In this document: positions 47,912 through 58,844 of the stretch, one piece after another
Position numbering within the stretch: the first letter of the stretch is position 1
How the letters are laid out: each line of letters opens with the position of its first letter
Assembly: GCA_902525635.1 (NCBI GenBank)
Contig: CABZHV010000001.1
Coordinates: 76,347-140,346 of the forward strand
Length of the DNA: 64,000 nt
Reading direction: 5' to 3'
Source: an uncultured SAR86 cluster bacterium
GTDB lineage: Bacteria > Pseudomonadota > Gammaproteobacteria > Magnimaribacterales > D2472
Notes under the pieces: generated by a model
What the model saw: the letters and a program-made list of their open reading frames with translations, nothing else
Database searches by the model: none
What the model was told of the DNA's origin: nothing
Translations under genes and position numbers: made by a program

Positions 47912-49000
47912 ATGAACCTCAATTATAACGAAGAACAAACCATGCTTCGTGAACAGATTCAAAAATTCTGTGAGTCTGAATATGATTTTTATAAAAGAGA
48001 AGATATTGTTAAATCATCGGCTGATTATGACGAGAATGTTTGGAAGCTTTTTGCAGAGCAGGGTTGGTTATCCATGCCATTCTCTGAACAATCAGGCGGT
48101 CTTGGCTTTGGGCCCATAGAGCTGTCTATATTGTTTGAGGAATTTGGTAAAGCATTGGTTATAGAGCCATATTTGTCTACTGTTGTTTTATCAGGCACTT
48201 TATTAGATAACTCTACATATAAAGATAGAAAAGAAATTATTGAACGAATATGTAATGGAGATATTCAAGTTTCTTTGGCATATGCTGAAGCTGAAAAAGG
48301 TTATGATTATTTATCCTCCAATACAACTTTTGATAATAATCTACTTAATGGTACAAAAACTCTTGTTCTTAATGGTGCAAATGCTGAAAAATTAATAGTT
48401 ACATGTGTTAAAGATGATATTTTTAATATTGTAATTCTTGACTCCAAAACTGAGGGTGTTTCAATTAACTCATTCTCAACTGTTGATGGTCAATCTTGTG
48501 CTGAGATATCTTTTGAAAACGTTAAATTGGACGAAACAAGCGTTATATCTTCAGGCGAAAACGCAATAGATTTAATCAAACAAACAATAAATCTTGCAAC
48601 ACTTTGTGTTAGCGCAGAAGCTGTTGGTTGTATGGAATCATGCTATACAAAAACTTTGGAGTATACAAAAGGTAGAGAACAATTTGGTCAACCAATATCA
48701 AGTTTTCAAGTTCTTCAACATAGAATGGTGGATATGTTTATTGAATCTGAATTAGCTAAATCTCTTCTTATTAAAGCTATGCTTGAAGTAAATAATAGAT
48801 CTGATGATATGTACAAACATGTTTCTGCACTTAAATCATATATTGGTAAATCCGGAAAAGTCTCTGCAAAAGAAGCTGTTCAACTCCATGGAGGTATGGG
48901 AGTTAGTGAAGAGATGATGATTGGTCATTATTTAAAAAAAATGGTTTCAATAGACGCACTATTTGGAAACGCAGACTATCATTTAAATTCTTTTTCATAG
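47912..49000 (+). CDS. Acyl-CoA dehydrogenase family protein (362 aa, shorter paralogue)
   Basis: It starts 2 nt after the previous ACAD. The C-terminal QLHGGMG... region is conserved, but the terminal segment FGNADYH is divergent. Confidence 0.85.
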   Translation: MNLNYNEEQTMLREQIQKFCESEYDFYKREDIVKSSADYDENVWKLFAEQGWLSMPFSEQSGGLGFGPIELSILFEEFGKALVIEPYLSTVVLSGTLLDNSTYKDRKEIIERICNGDIQVSLAYAEAEKGYDYLSSNTTFDNNLLNGTKTLVLNGANAEKLIVTCVKDDIFNIVILDSKTEGVSINSFSTVDGQSCAEISFENVKLDETSVISSGENAIDLIKQTINLATLCVSAEAVGCMESCYTKTLEYTKGREQFGQPISSFQVLQHRMVDMFIESELAKSLLIKAMLEVNNRSDDMYKHVSALKSYIGKSGKVSAKEAVQLHGGMGVSEEMMIGHYLKKMVSIDALFGNADYHLNSFS

Positions 49001-49040
49001 ATTGCTTAGGTATTTTTTATAAACCATTTATAATCACAGA

Positions 49041-50543
49041 ATGAGCGATAATAGGGATATCAATCTTCAGTCTTCAAAAAGACAAAAACGCATATTACCA
49101 GAGGATTCCTTCGGTGATTGGAAATGGAGAGAAGGTCTGGCTGAACTAATGGTTCCTATAATAGGGTCACTATATCGAAACGGTATCAATATTCTTATTT
49201 ACGGTAAGTCTCTTGTAAACGAGTCTCCTGTTGCAATTATGAAAGCACATAGATTTGCCAGACAATCTGATAACAATGAATTGAGTGAATTAGAAACTTT
49301 CCCTATCCTAGAATATATAAGTTCATTAAATCTTGCTGATTGTGAAATTGATATTGGTGAAATTGCAGTTAAATGTCCTTTTTTTGCGGATATTAAAAAA
49401 GATCCCTCTAAATTGCCTGCCTATTTAAATAAGGAATTAGAATCTGTAATAGATAAAAAATCTGATAGGCCTGAGGAACCCGCAAATATAGTACTTTATG
49501 GTTTTGGAAGGATTGGAAGACTTGTTGCAAGAATGATGACACAAACAACAGGTCCAGGTAATTATTTTAAATTAAGAGCAATTGTAATTCGTAAAGCTAC
49601 CGATGATGATATATTTAAAAGGGCTAGCTTATTAACTAAAGACTCTGTTCATGGTCCTTTTGATGGAACTGTAAGAGTTGATGAAGATAATTCATGCTTA
49701 GTTATAAATGGTAACCCAGTAAAGATTATATATGCATCTGGTCCTAATCAAGTTAGTTATAAAGACTACGATATAAATGATCCTATTGTTATTGATAATA
49801 CTGGTATTTGGCGTGATGAAAAAGAATTATCTGTACATATTCAATCTGGCGCATCAAAAGTTATATTAACAGCACCTGCTAAAGGTAAAATTAAAAATAT
49901 AGTCAATGGAATCAATGATTCTATTATCAGTGAAGGTGATAATCTTATTTCAGCTGCTTCATGCACTACAAATGCAATAGTTCCAATATTAAAATCTATA
50001 AATGATGAGTTTTCAATAAAAGGAGGCCATATTGAAACTGTTCATGCTTATACTAATGACCAAAATCTAATAGATAACTTTCATAAGAAAGATAGAAGAG
50101 GTAGAGGAGCTCCTTTAAATATGGTTATTACATCTACTGGTGCCGTTAAAGCAGTTGCAAAAGCTCTACCTGAATTAGAAGGTAAATTAACTGGTAATGC
50201 AATAAGAGTACCCACACCCAATGTTAGTTTGGCAATTTTGTCTCTTGAATTAAATAAAAAAGTCACAACAGAGATAATTAATAATTTCCTTCGTTCAATT
50301 GCATTTCATTCAAAATATAGAGAAATAATTGGATACGTGAATTCTTCAGAGGTTGTTTCTACAGATTTTTATTCATCACCTTTTGCAACAATTGTGGATT
50401 CTCAAGCCACTATAACGAATGAAAACAGAATTACACTATATTGTTGGTACGATAATGAATATGGTTATACCAAACAAGTTATAAGTTTAGCAAAAAAAAT
50501 AGCTAAAATTGATTTACCAAGATTACCTAAACCAATTAAATAA
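49041..50543 (+). CDS. gap: Glyceraldehyde-3-phosphate dehydrogenase, long form with an N-terminal extension of about 150 aa
   Basis: GFGRIGR and the active site ASCTTNA are present. 500 aa. It lies next to mfd and nqr, as I recall for the long Gap of Pseudomonas. Confidence 0.9.
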   Translation: MSDNRDINLQSSKRQKRILPEDSFGDWKWREGLAELMVPIIGSLYRNGINILIYGKSLVNESPVAIMKAHRFARQSDNNELSELETFPILEYISSLNLADCEIDIGEIAVKCPFFADIKKDPSKLPAYLNKELESVIDKKSDRPEEPANIVLYGFGRIGRLVARMMTQTTGPGNYFKLRAIVIRKATDDDIFKRASLLTKDSVHGPFDGTVRVDEDNSCLVINGNPVKIIYASGPNQVSYKDYDINDPIVIDNTGIWRDEKELSVHIQSGASKVILTAPAKGKIKNIVNGINDSIISEGDNLISAASCTTNAIVPILKSINDEFSIKGGHIETVHAYTNDQNLIDNFHKKDRRGRGAPLNMVITSTGAVKAVAKALPELEGKLTGNAIRVPTPNVSLAILSLELNKKVTTEIINNFLRSIAFHSKYREIIGYVNSSEVVSTDFYSSPFATIVDSQATITNENRITLYCWYDNEYGYTKQVISLAKKIAKIDLPRLPKPIK

Positions 50544-50625
50544 AAACATAGAATCAAAGACACTTTAGCTTTATAATTCTATTGTTTTTATTGTTACAAA
50601 ATAACTTTATAAAGGCACACAAAAA

Positions 50626-51945
50626 GTGATAAAAATATCAAAAGGTCTTGATTTACCCATATCAGGAGCGCCATTAAATTTAGTTTCAGATGAACCAAAG
50701 GTTTCATCTGTAGCAATGCTATCTAATGACTTTGTAGGTATGAAACCAACAATGCTTGTAAAAGAGGGTGATTCTGTAAAAGCTGGACAAAAAATCTTTG
50801 AAGATAAAAAAAATATTGGTGTTTTTTATACATCCCCATGTGGTGGAATAGTCAGAAATATAAATAGAGGTGATAAAAGAAAATTCTTATCTATTGAGCT
50901 TGACATTGATGATACTAATGAAGCATTCAAATTCTTTGATATGGGCAACACATCGAATGAAATTAAAGAATGTCTCATAAATTCTGGTTACTGGAATTGT
51001 TTTAGAACTAGGCCTTTTAACAGGACACCTAACGTAAATGATGTTCCAAGTGCTATCTTTATTAATTGTTGTGACAGCAATCCTTTGTCAATGGATCCTT
51101 ACAACATAATTTCCGTAAATGAAGCTGATTTTAGAGAAGGCCTTAGAGTTCTATCTCAATTATTTAAGTGCAATATGAATCTGACATATCAAAATGATAA
51201 TTTTGATATATCGAATGAAGATTTTGAATATTTTCAATTCAAAGGACCCCATCCATCAGGTCTATCAAGTACACATATTTCTAAAATTTATCCTGTAAAT
51301 CTTAATAGAACTGTTTGGACAATTAATTATCAAGACATTATTTCAATTGGTTTCTTGAAAAAAAATAATAAAATAAGAACTTCAAAATTAATTTCTTTAG
51401 GTGGGCCATCTGTTCATGAACCATCGTTATTAAATGTAAGAGTTGGAGGAAATATTGATGAAATATGCGCTGGAAAACTTAAACCAAATTCACGCATAAT
51501 TTCTGGATCTGTTCTTCATGGACACGAATCAGAAGGTGTTATGAATTATCTTGGATTTTACGATTCACAAATTTCAGCTATACCAGATGAAGTAAATAAT
51601 ATTTTCATGAATTGGTTAATGCCTGGCTCATCTTTACATTCGAAATTAAATGTCTTCATTTCATCTTTTATTAAACCTAAAAATTTTATTTTCAATACAT
51701 CAATTGGAGGAGGAGATCGAGCTATAGTACCAATTTCTTCATATGAAGAAGTAATACCAATGGATATCTTGGTAACACAATTACTAAAAGCCTTAGTGGT
51801 GTCTGATATAGATATGGCAGTTGATTTAGGAATGCTAGAATTAGTCCCTGAAGATCTTGCGCTCTGTTCATACGTTTGTCCGAGTAAATATGATTATTCA
51901 TCAATACTCATGGATAATTTAAATAAGTTGTATCAAGAATCATGA
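50626..51945 (+). CDS. nqrA: Na+-translocating NADH:quinone oxidoreductase subunit A
   Basis: IKISKGLDLPISGAP is the canonical NqrA opening. GTG start. It is the first gene of a six-gene nqr string. Confidence 0.95.
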   Translation: MIKISKGLDLPISGAPLNLVSDEPKVSSVAMLSNDFVGMKPTMLVKEGDSVKAGQKIFEDKKNIGVFYTSPCGGIVRNINRGDKRKFLSIELDIDDTNEAFKFFDMGNTSNEIKECLINSGYWNCFRTRPFNRTPNVNDVPSAIFINCCDSNPLSMDPYNIISVNEADFREGLRVLSQLFKCNMNLTYQNDNFDISNEDFEYFQFKGPHPSGLSSTHISKIYPVNLNRTVWTINYQDIISIGFLKKNNKIRTSKLISLGGPSVHEPSLLNVRVGGNIDEICAGKLKPNSRIISGSVLHGHESEGVMNYLGFYDSQISAIPDEVNNIFMNWLMPGSSLHSKLNVFISSFIKPKNFIFNTSIGGGDRAIVPISSYEEVIPMDILVTQLLKALVVSDIDMAVDLGMLELVPEDLALCSYVCPSKYDYSSILMDNLNKLYQES

Positions 51946-53171
51946 AAGTACTGAGAGATTATCTTAATAACGTTAAACCAAATTTTGTTGGCGGCGGTAA
52001 ATATACAAAATGGTTTCCACTTTTTGATGCTTTTGAGAACTTATTTTTTTCATATGGAAAAAAAACATCAAATCCAATTCATGTCAGAGATGCTGTAGAT
52101 ATTCAAAAAGTCATGGTAACAGTTTGGCTTGCTGCATTCCCTGCAATGTTTTTTGGAATGTATAATCTTGGAGCAAATTCATTAGAATATTTGGACTTAA
52201 TTGGACAACAAAATACTGGTGATTGGCACCATTATTTTGTAAGCATTGTGGGGTATGATTCAAATAGCTTTTTAAGTAAATTATGGTTTGGTGCCTGTTA
52301 TTTCTTACCTATTTATTTTGTTGTTTTTGCTGTTGGAATTGCTTGGGAGGCATTATTTGCAATTATTAGAAAACATGAAATTAATGAGGGTGCCTTTGTA
52401 TCTACAATTTTATTTTCACTCACTTGTCCACCAGATATACCTCTTTGGCAAGCTGCAATGGGTATTTCGTTTGGCTTAGTTATTGGGAAAGAAATTTTTG
52501 GAGGAACTGGAAAAAATTTCTTAAATCCAGCATTGACTGGAAGAGCATTTTTATACTTTGCATATCCTGCTCAAATTTCAGGTGATAAGGTTTGGATAGC
52601 CGGTATATCTGATTATAATTTAATACCAGAAGGTTATAGTGGCGCTACTGCTTTAGGAGTTGCTGCTGAGAGTGGAATGGCAGGCATAACTAATTCTTAT
52701 ACATGGATGGATGCATTTTTAGGAAATATACCAGGTTCTGTTGGCGAGACATCAATTATTGCTATATTAATTGGACTCGCTGTATTGTTAATTACTAAAG
52801 TTGCATCATATCGAATTGTGTTAGGAACTTTTGTAGGAATGATCTTGATGTCGTCAATTTTAAATATTGTTGGTTCTGAGACAAATCCAATGTTTGCAAT
52901 TCCTTGGTATTGGCATGCAGTAATTGGTAGTTTTGCATTTGGTCTTGTGTTCATGGCAACTGAACCAGTTTCAGGATCAGGCACCAATACCGGAAGATGG
53001 TTATATGGAATAGTTATAGGAATAACTGTAATATTAATAAGAGTTATAAATCCAGCATTTCCTGAGGGAATGATGTTAGCAATTTTATTTGCAAACCTTT
53101 TAGCGCCTGTTATTGATCACATGGTTATTATGTCAAATATAAAAAAACGAAAGGCTTTATATAATGAATGA
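51942..53171 (+). CDS. nqrB: Na+-NQR subunit B
   Basis: A polytopic protein with the FMN-attachment context YSGATALG. An ATGA overlap links it to nqrA. Confidence 0.95.
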   Translation: MKVLRDYLNNVKPNFVGGGKYTKWFPLFDAFENLFFSYGKKTSNPIHVRDAVDIQKVMVTVWLAAFPAMFFGMYNLGANSLEYLDLIGQQNTGDWHHYFVSIVGYDSNSFLSKLWFGACYFLPIYFVVFAVGIAWEALFAIIRKHEINEGAFVSTILFSLTCPPDIPLWQAAMGISFGLVIGKEIFGGTGKNFLNPALTGRAFLYFAYPAQISGDKVWIAGISDYNLIPEGYSGATALGVAAESGMAGITNSYTWMDAFLGNIPGSVGETSIIAILIGLAVLLITKVASYRIVLGTFVGMILMSSILNIVGSETNPMFAIPWYWHAVIGSFAFGLVFMATEPVSGSGTNTGRWLYGIVIGITVILIRVINPAFPEGMMLAILFANLLAPVIDHMVIMSNIKKRKALYNE

Positions 53172-53937
53172 ATCTATAACTAAAACTATTGGTGTAGCAT
53201 TTGCTGTATGTTTAATATGTTCACTTGTTGTATCAACATCTGCTGTAAGCTTAAGAGACCTACAAAAAGAAAATAAACTTAATGATAAAAGAATTAAAAT
53301 TCTTCAAGTAGCTGATATATATAATCCAGATCAATCAATCTCTGAACAATTTTCTCAATTAGAATCAAAATTTTTAGACTTCAATACAGGCATGATAATG
53401 AGCGAGTTCAATAATTACAATATTGATGAATACGATCAAATACTTGTAACTAAAGATCCAAATTTATCTTCAAAAATTCCACAATCAGAAGACATAGCAA
53501 TAATTAAAAATAGAGAGAATGTTGGTAAGATTTATTTTCTAAGAGATCAGATGGGTAAAATTGATAAATTAATTTTACCGATTAGGGGTTATGGTTTATG
53601 GGGAACTCTATATGGTTATATTTCAATAGAGGATGATTTTAATACTGTTTCTGGTATTGAATTTTATGAGCATAAAGAAACGCCTGGATTAGGAGCTGAA
53701 GTAGATAATCCAAAGTGGAAGTCTCAATGGAAAGGTAAAAAAATATATCAGGGTAATCAAGTTACTCTTGAAGTAATCAAAGGAAAAGTTGAGAAAGGTG
53801 ATAAGGAAGCAGTGTATAAAGTTGATGGTTTATCAGGGGCAACAATTACTAGCAGAGGGGTAACAAATATGGTTGCTTATTGGTTTAGTGAATCTGGATA
53901 TTCAAACTTATTTAAAGAACTTGATTATGAATCTTAA
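53164..53937 (+). CDS. nqrC: Na+-NQR subunit C
   Basis: Single N-terminal TM helix and FMN-attachment motif GLSGATITS. Confidence 0.95.
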   Translation: MNESITKTIGVAFAVCLICSLVVSTSAVSLRDLQKENKLNDKRIKILQVADIYNPDQSISEQFSQLESKFLDFNTGMIMSEFNNYNIDEYDQILVTKDPNLSSKIPQSEDIAIIKNRENVGKIYFLRDQMGKIDKLILPIRGYGLWGTLYGYISIEDDFNTVSGIEFYEHKETPGLGAEVDNPKWKSQWKGKKIYQGNQVTLEVIKGKVEKGDKEAVYKVDGLSGATITSRGVTNMVAYWFSESGYSNLFKELDYES

Positions 53938-54613
53938 GAGATATAGGGAAGTTGTACTTAATCCTCTAATTAAAGAGAATCCTATTACGCTTCAAATTCT
54001 TGGTATATGTTCAGCATTAGCTGTTACTAATAATTTGTCAGTAACCCTTGTTATGTGCGTTGCAGTGATAAGCGTTATTTCATTTTCAAATTTATTTATA
54101 TCGTTAATTAGAAACTACATTCCTTCAAGTATTAGAATTATTGTTCAAATGACCATCATTGCATCTCTTGTGATCGTAGTGGATGAGTTACTTAAAGCAT
54201 ATGATTATGAAACCAGCAAGAAGCTGTCAGTCTTTGTAGGATTAATAATTACCAATTGTATTGTAATGGGAAGAGCTGAAGCATTTGCAATGAAAGAAAA
54301 GCCCTTACTGAGTTTTTTAGATGGTCTTGGTAATGGTATTGGTTACAGTATTATATTAATCGCTGTTGCTACAATACGAGAATTATTTGGTGCAGGCACA
54401 TTATTTGGTTATGAGGTATTACCTCTTATATCAAATGGTGGTTGGTACATGGGAAACAATTTACTTTTACTTCCTCCAAGCTCATTTATTATAATTGGAC
54501 TTTTTATATGGTTAATTAGGTCTGTTAAAACAGAGCAAGTCGAGGAAGATGATTTTGAGTTATCTGAACATTCAACGAGCCCTGATTTAACTAAAAGAGA
54601 AATAAATGTTTGA
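53927..54613 (+). CDS. nqrD: Na+-NQR subunit D
   Basis: [18 protein letters not shown] is typical of NqrD. I prefer ATG 53927. The track ORF starts at 53873, inside nqrC. Confidence 0.93.
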   Translation: MNLKRYREVVLNPLIKENPITLQILGICSALAVTNNLSVTLVMCVAVISVISFSNLFISLIRNYIPSSIRIIVQMTIIASLVIVVDELLKAYDYETSKKLSVFVGLIITNCIVMGRAEAFAMKEKPLLSFLDGLGNGIGYSIILIAVATIRELFGAGTLFGYEVLPLISNGGWYMGNNLLLLPPSSFIIIGLFIWLIRSVKTEQVEEDDFELSEHSTSPDLTKREINV

Positions 54614-55217
54614 ACATTACTTAAATATTTTTATAACCACTGTATTTATTGAAAATATTGCTTTGTCATTATTCTTGGGAATGTGTACGTTTATTGCAAT
54701 ATCAAAAAAAATTGATGCTGCATTTGGGCTTGGTGTAGCTGTTATTGTCGTTTGTTTAATAACAGTGCCTTTAAATAACTTAATTTATAACTATATATTA
54801 AGAGAAGATGCATTAACATGGCTTGGCATTGAGGGTACAAATTTAGAGTTTGTAGAGTTAATTAGTTATATTGGCGTAATTGCAGCAAGTGTTCAAATTC
54901 TTGAAATGTTTCTAGATAAATATGTACCAGCTTTATATAACGCTTTAGGACAATTCTTACCTTTAATAACAGTTAATTGTGCAATACTTGGAGCTTCTTT
55001 ATTTATGGTTGAAAAAGATCTTATGTTTACAGAAAGTGTTGTCTATGGCTTAGGCGCAGGCTTTGGCTGGGCGTTAGCGATAGTTGTTCTTGCTGGAATA
55101 AGAGAAAAGTTAAAATATTCAGATATTCCTGAGGGTTTAAAAGGACTTGGTATGACTTTTATTATAGTTGGTCTTATGAGCTTTGGTTTTATGTCTTTTG
55201 GTGGGATAACTCTTTAA
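54606..55217 (+). CDS. nqrE: Na+-NQR subunit E
   Basis: [16 protein letters not shown] and [10 protein letters not shown] motifs are present. 203 aa. Confidence 0.95.
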   Translation: MFEHYLNIFITTVFIENIALSLFLGMCTFIAISKKIDAAFGLGVAVIVVCLITVPLNNLIYNYILREDALTWLGIEGTNLEFVELISYIGVIAASVQILEMFLDKYVPALYNALGQFLPLITVNCAILGASLFMVEKDLMFTESVVYGLGAGFGWALAIVVLAGIREKLKYSDIPEGLKGLGMTFIIVGLMSFGFMSFGGITL

Positions 55218-55218
55218 T

Positions 55219-56445
55219 ATGAATATAGATTTAATTTTAGGTGTAACAGCTTTTAGTGGGATAATTTTATTGCTTGTCATGGTTATTGTTTTTGCAAGAT
55301 CTAAGCTAGTATCAACAGGTAATGTATCAATTGAGATAAATGGTGATAGTAATAACCCAATTGTTGTTCCAGCAGGCTCAAAACTTTTACAAACTCTTGC
55401 AGATAATAATATTTTTCTAGCATCAGCATGTGGTGGAGGCGGTACTTGTAGTCAATGTAAATGTCAGGTCTTTGAGGGTGGAGGATCTATATTAGCAGCA
55501 GAAGAATCTCACTTTAACTCATCACAACAAAAAGAGGGTTGGAGACTTTCTTGTCAGGTGCCTGTAAAAAATGATTTAAAAATAAATGTTCCTGAGGATG
55601 TGTTTGGTGTTAAAGAATGGGAATGTGAAGTTATATCAAATGAAAATGTCGCAACATTTATTAAAGAACTTATTTTAAAACTACCTGAGGGTGAGAATGT
55701 AGACTTTAGAGCAGGAGGCTATGTTCAGTTAGAGGCACCAGCATATAATTTAGATTATAAAGATTTTGATATTGAAAAAGAATATCACGAAGATTGGGAT
55801 AGATTTAAAATTTGGGACAATAAGTCTATTACCAGTGAACCGGTTGTAAGAGCTTATTCAATGGCTAATTATCCTGAAGAAAAAGGTGTTATTAAATTTA
55901 ATATTAGAATTGCATCTCCTCCACCAGGTCAAGATGTACCACCAGGTTTGATGTCCTCCTGGACATTTGGTCTTAAACCCGGAGATAAAGTAAAGGTCTT
56001 TGGTCCTTTTGGTGAATTTTTTGCTAAAGAAACGGAAGCAGAAATGGTTTTTGTCGGTGGTGGTGCGGGCATGGCACCAATGAGATCTCATATCTTTGAT
56101 CAATTATTAAGAATTAACACTGATAGAAAGATTACATTTTGGTATGGAGCTAGAAGTTTAAAAGAAATGTTTTATGTAAATGAATTTAATGATTTAGCTG
56201 AGAAATATGATAATTTTGAATGGCATGTAGCATTATCAGATCCGCTTCCTGAAGATGATTGGAATGGCGAGACTGGATTCATACATAATGTCCTATATGA
56301 AAATTATCTTAAAGCTCATGAGGCACCAGAAGATTGCGAGTATTATATGTGCGGCCCACCAATGATGAATAAGGCTGTAATTGATATGCTAATTAATCTT
56401 GGAGTTGAGCCCGAAAATATAGCACTAGATGATTTTGGTGGTTAA
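55219..56445 (+). CDS. nqrF: Na+-NQR subunit F
   Basis: An N-terminal TM helix and the 2Fe-2S motif [12 protein letters not shown] are present. FAD/NADH motifs RAYSMAN and GGGAGMAPM are also present. Confidence 0.96.
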   Translation: MNIDLILGVTAFSGIILLLVMVIVFARSKLVSTGNVSIEINGDSNNPIVVPAGSKLLQTLADNNIFLASACGGGGTCSQCKCQVFEGGGSILAAEESHFNSSQQKEGWRLSCQVPVKNDLKINVPEDVFGVKEWECEVISNENVATFIKELILKLPEGENVDFRAGGYVQLEAPAYNLDYKDFDIEKEYHEDWDRFKIWDNKSITSEPVVRAYSMANYPEEKGVIKFNIRIASPPPGQDVPPGLMSSWTFGLKPGDKVKVFGPFGEFFAKETEAEMVFVGGGAGMAPMRSHIFDQLLRINTDRKITFWYGARSLKEMFYVNEFNDLAEKYDNFEWHVALSDPLPEDDWNGETGFIHNVLYENYLKAHEAPEDCEYYMCGPPMMNKAVIDMLINLGVEPENIALDDFGG

Positions 56446-56457
56446 TAAATAATTCAA

Positions 56458-57447
56458 GTGTCGAGATATTTCTTCTCAAAATTAATTGCTCTTATAACAG
56501 GTATTATTTTACTTGTCGTAGCATATATTCATAATACTAATTCATTATATTATTTATCAGGAGATGCATATGGGACTTCATGGTCAATCTCATCATCTGA
56601 ATATATTGCAGATAATCATAAAGATGAAATAAGAAATATTATCAGTGATATTGATTTTATAGCCTCAAATTACAAGTCTGAATCAGAAATTTCACAGATC
56701 AATATAAATTTTTCTGAATCTCAATTTATTTCTAAAGACTTATTTAATATCCTTAAAATTGCAAAAGATGTTGAAATTGTATCTGAAGGATCTTATAACA
56801 TTATGCTTGGAAAAGTTTCAAGTAACTTAGGTTTTGCACCAGATTTTGGTCAAAAAGTAGTTCAAAAAAAAATATCCTCTTATGAACTTGATGAAAAAAA
56901 TAACTCTTTAATTAGATACTCAAATAACTGGTTTGATTTATCGTCAATTGCAAAAGGATACGCAGTTCAAAAAATTCATGATTATTTAACTTCAAATAAT
57001 TTAAATAATCACCTAATAGATATAGGAGGTGAGTTGGTAATAAGTGGAACTAAGAAAGGAGAACCATGGAATATTGGAATTCAAAACCCACTTGCAACAA
57101 TAGAATCATCGACTATAACTATAAATAATAAGAATCATGATTTTTTATCTATTGCTACATCAGGTGAATATAGAAACTACAAATTTGACGATAAAGGCAA
57201 TAAAGTTACACATACTATAAATCCTAAAACTTTATCATCTATTACCAACAATATTTTATCAGTAACAATTGTAAATGAAACATCAGCAACTTATGCTGAC
57301 GCATATGCGACAGCATTTAATGCAATGGGAGTTAAAAAAGCTATAGATGTTGCTAACAATAACAATATAGCATCTATGATCATATTTAAAAATGAAGATA
57401 ATGTAGATATTATTTATTCAGATAAATGGTATGATTTATTTCTATGA
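56458..57447 (+). CDS. apbE: FAD:protein FMN transferase
   Basis: The ApbE-like SSIAKGYAVQ and IATSGEY segments are present. It follows nqrF. GTG start. Confidence 0.88.
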   Translation: MSRYFFSKLIALITGIILLVVAYIHNTNSLYYLSGDAYGTSWSISSSEYIADNHKDEIRNIISDIDFIASNYKSESEISQININFSESQFISKDLFNILKIAKDVEIVSEGSYNIMLGKVSSNLGFAPDFGQKVVQKKISSYELDEKNNSLIRYSNNWFDLSSIAKGYAVQKIHDYLTSNNLNNHLIDIGGELVISGTKKGEPWNIGIQNPLATIESSTITINNKNHDFLSIATSGEYRNYKFDDKGNKVTHTINPKTLSSITNNILSVTIVNETSATYADAYATAFNAMGVKKAIDVANNNNIASMIIFKNEDNVDIIYSDKWYDLFL

Positions 57448-57620
57448 GTGAGTTATTTTTATCTTTTTTAATAATATTAATAGCATTTTTTGGTTTTGCT
57501 ATTGGTCTTATATTCAGAAATCAGCCAATAAAAGGCTCCTGTGGAGGAATGGCAAATTTAGAAAATGGCTCTACTTGTGATATTTGTGGAAGGACCGACC
57601 CTCAAAATTGTAAAGACTAA
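57444..57620 (+). CDS. nqrM: Na+-NQR maturation factor NqrM (DUF539), 58 aa, not in the ORF track
   Basis: Hand translation gives MSELFLSFLIILIAFFGFAIGLIFRNQPIKGSCGGMANLENGSTCDICGRTDPQNCKD. It has one TM helix plus GSCGG and a Cys-rich tail. An ATGA overlap links it to apbE. Confidence 0.8.
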   Translation: MSELFLSFLIILIAFFGFAIGLIFRNQPIKGSCGGMANLENGSTCDICGRTDPQNCKD

Positions 57621-57632
57621 GTTAACTTTATA

Positions 57633-58844
57633 ATGGTTAAAGGTCATTGCGATGCACAATTTTTAAAACTCAAATCAATTCTTGAAAAACAATTAAATTC
57701 TAATTATGAACTTGGAGCATCTGTTTCAGTAGAATGGCAGGGTAAAGAGGTTGTAAATCTTTATGGTGGATTTAAAGACGAGTCTAAAAATTGTCAATGG
57801 ACTGAAGATACAATTGTAAATGTATTTTCAGTTACCAAAGCAGTGTCAGGTATATGCATAACTAAATTGATAGATGATGGGCTTTTAGATGTAGATCAAA
57901 ATGTTAGTTATTACTGGCCTGAGTATGGGTGCAATGGCAAAGAAAATACAAAGGTTATAGACTTTCTAACTCATAGAGCCGGTATGTTTGGTTTTCAGGA
58001 TGGTATCCCAAAAGTTCCATGGAGTGAATGGGATATTTATGTAAAAGCTCTAGAAAAACAAAAACCTTTTAGAGAACCTGGTACATCGCAAGGCTATCAT
58101 GCTGTAACCTTTGCTTGGCTTGTTGGAGAATTGTTTAAACGAGTTGAAGGAAGAACTATTGGTGTTTATTTTAAAGAGGAGATAGCAGAACCTTTTAATA
58201 TTGATTTTCATATTGGTCTTAATGATTCACAAATTAAACGCTGTGCCTCAATCACTTCTTTCAATAGGTTAGATTCAATAAAACCTCCTATTGAATTCAT
58301 TAAATATTTTCCAAATTTTTTATTAAACAAAGCTCTTATTAATCTAAAAAAATCATTTGAATCTAAAGATTTTTTAAAAGCTTTCATGCCTGAACCTTTT
58401 ATTAATAATGGACCAAATTCCTATGATTTTAGAACCTCAGAATTACCAGCTGGTAATGGACATGGAACTGCATCAGGATTAGCTAAATTATTTGGTATTT
58501 TATCAACGGGTTGTAAAAGAAATAACAATATATTAATGAGAGAGGATTCGCTATATAAAGCAACAAGAATTTATTCTAGTGGACCAGATACTGTCTTATT
58601 TGGTGTGCTGCTTAATTTTGGATATTGTTTTATGCTTGAAGGAAACAAAAAATCAGAAATTAATTTTGCACCAATATTCTATAAAGGAACATTTGGCCAT
58701 GCTGGAATTGGTGGATCAGTGGCATTTGGTGATATAAAAAATCAGATAGGCTATAGTTTTGTTTGCAACAAACAACAAAAAAATAAAAATCTTTATAAAA
58801 CATCAAATCTTTTGACAAAAGCTTTATATAAAGCAATAAGCTAG
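57633..58844 (+). CDS. Serine hydrolase of the beta-lactamase/esterase (class C-like) family
   Basis: The SxxK nucleophile motif FSVTKAV is present. 403 aa. There is no signal peptide. Confidence 0.82.
   Translation: MVKGHCDAQFLKLKSILEKQLNSNYELGASVSVEWQGKEVVNLYGGFKDESKNCQWTEDTIVNVFSVTKAVSGICITKLIDDGLLDVDQNVSYYWPEYGCNGKENTKVIDFLTHRAGMFGFQDGIPKVPWSEWDIYVKALEKQKPFREPGTSQGYHAVTFAWLVGELFKRVEGRTIGVYFKEEIAEPFNIDFHIGLNDSQIKRCASITSFNRLDSIKPPIEFIKYFPNFLLNKALINLKKSFESKDFLKAFMPEPFINNGPNSYDFRTSELPAGNGHGTASGLAKLFGILSTGCKRNNNILMREDSLYKATRIYSSGPDTVLFGVLLNFGYCFMLEGNKKSEINFAPIFYKGTFGHAGIGGSVAFGDIKNQIGYSFVCNKQQKNKNLYKTSNLLTKALYKAIS

Noticed and set aside
50546-50600. A weak hairpin (ATAGAAT...ATTCTAT followed by TGTTTTT) after gap as a terminator.
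   Set aside because: The 7-bp stem is all A/T with a 22-nt loop, so it is not convincing as an intrinsic terminator.
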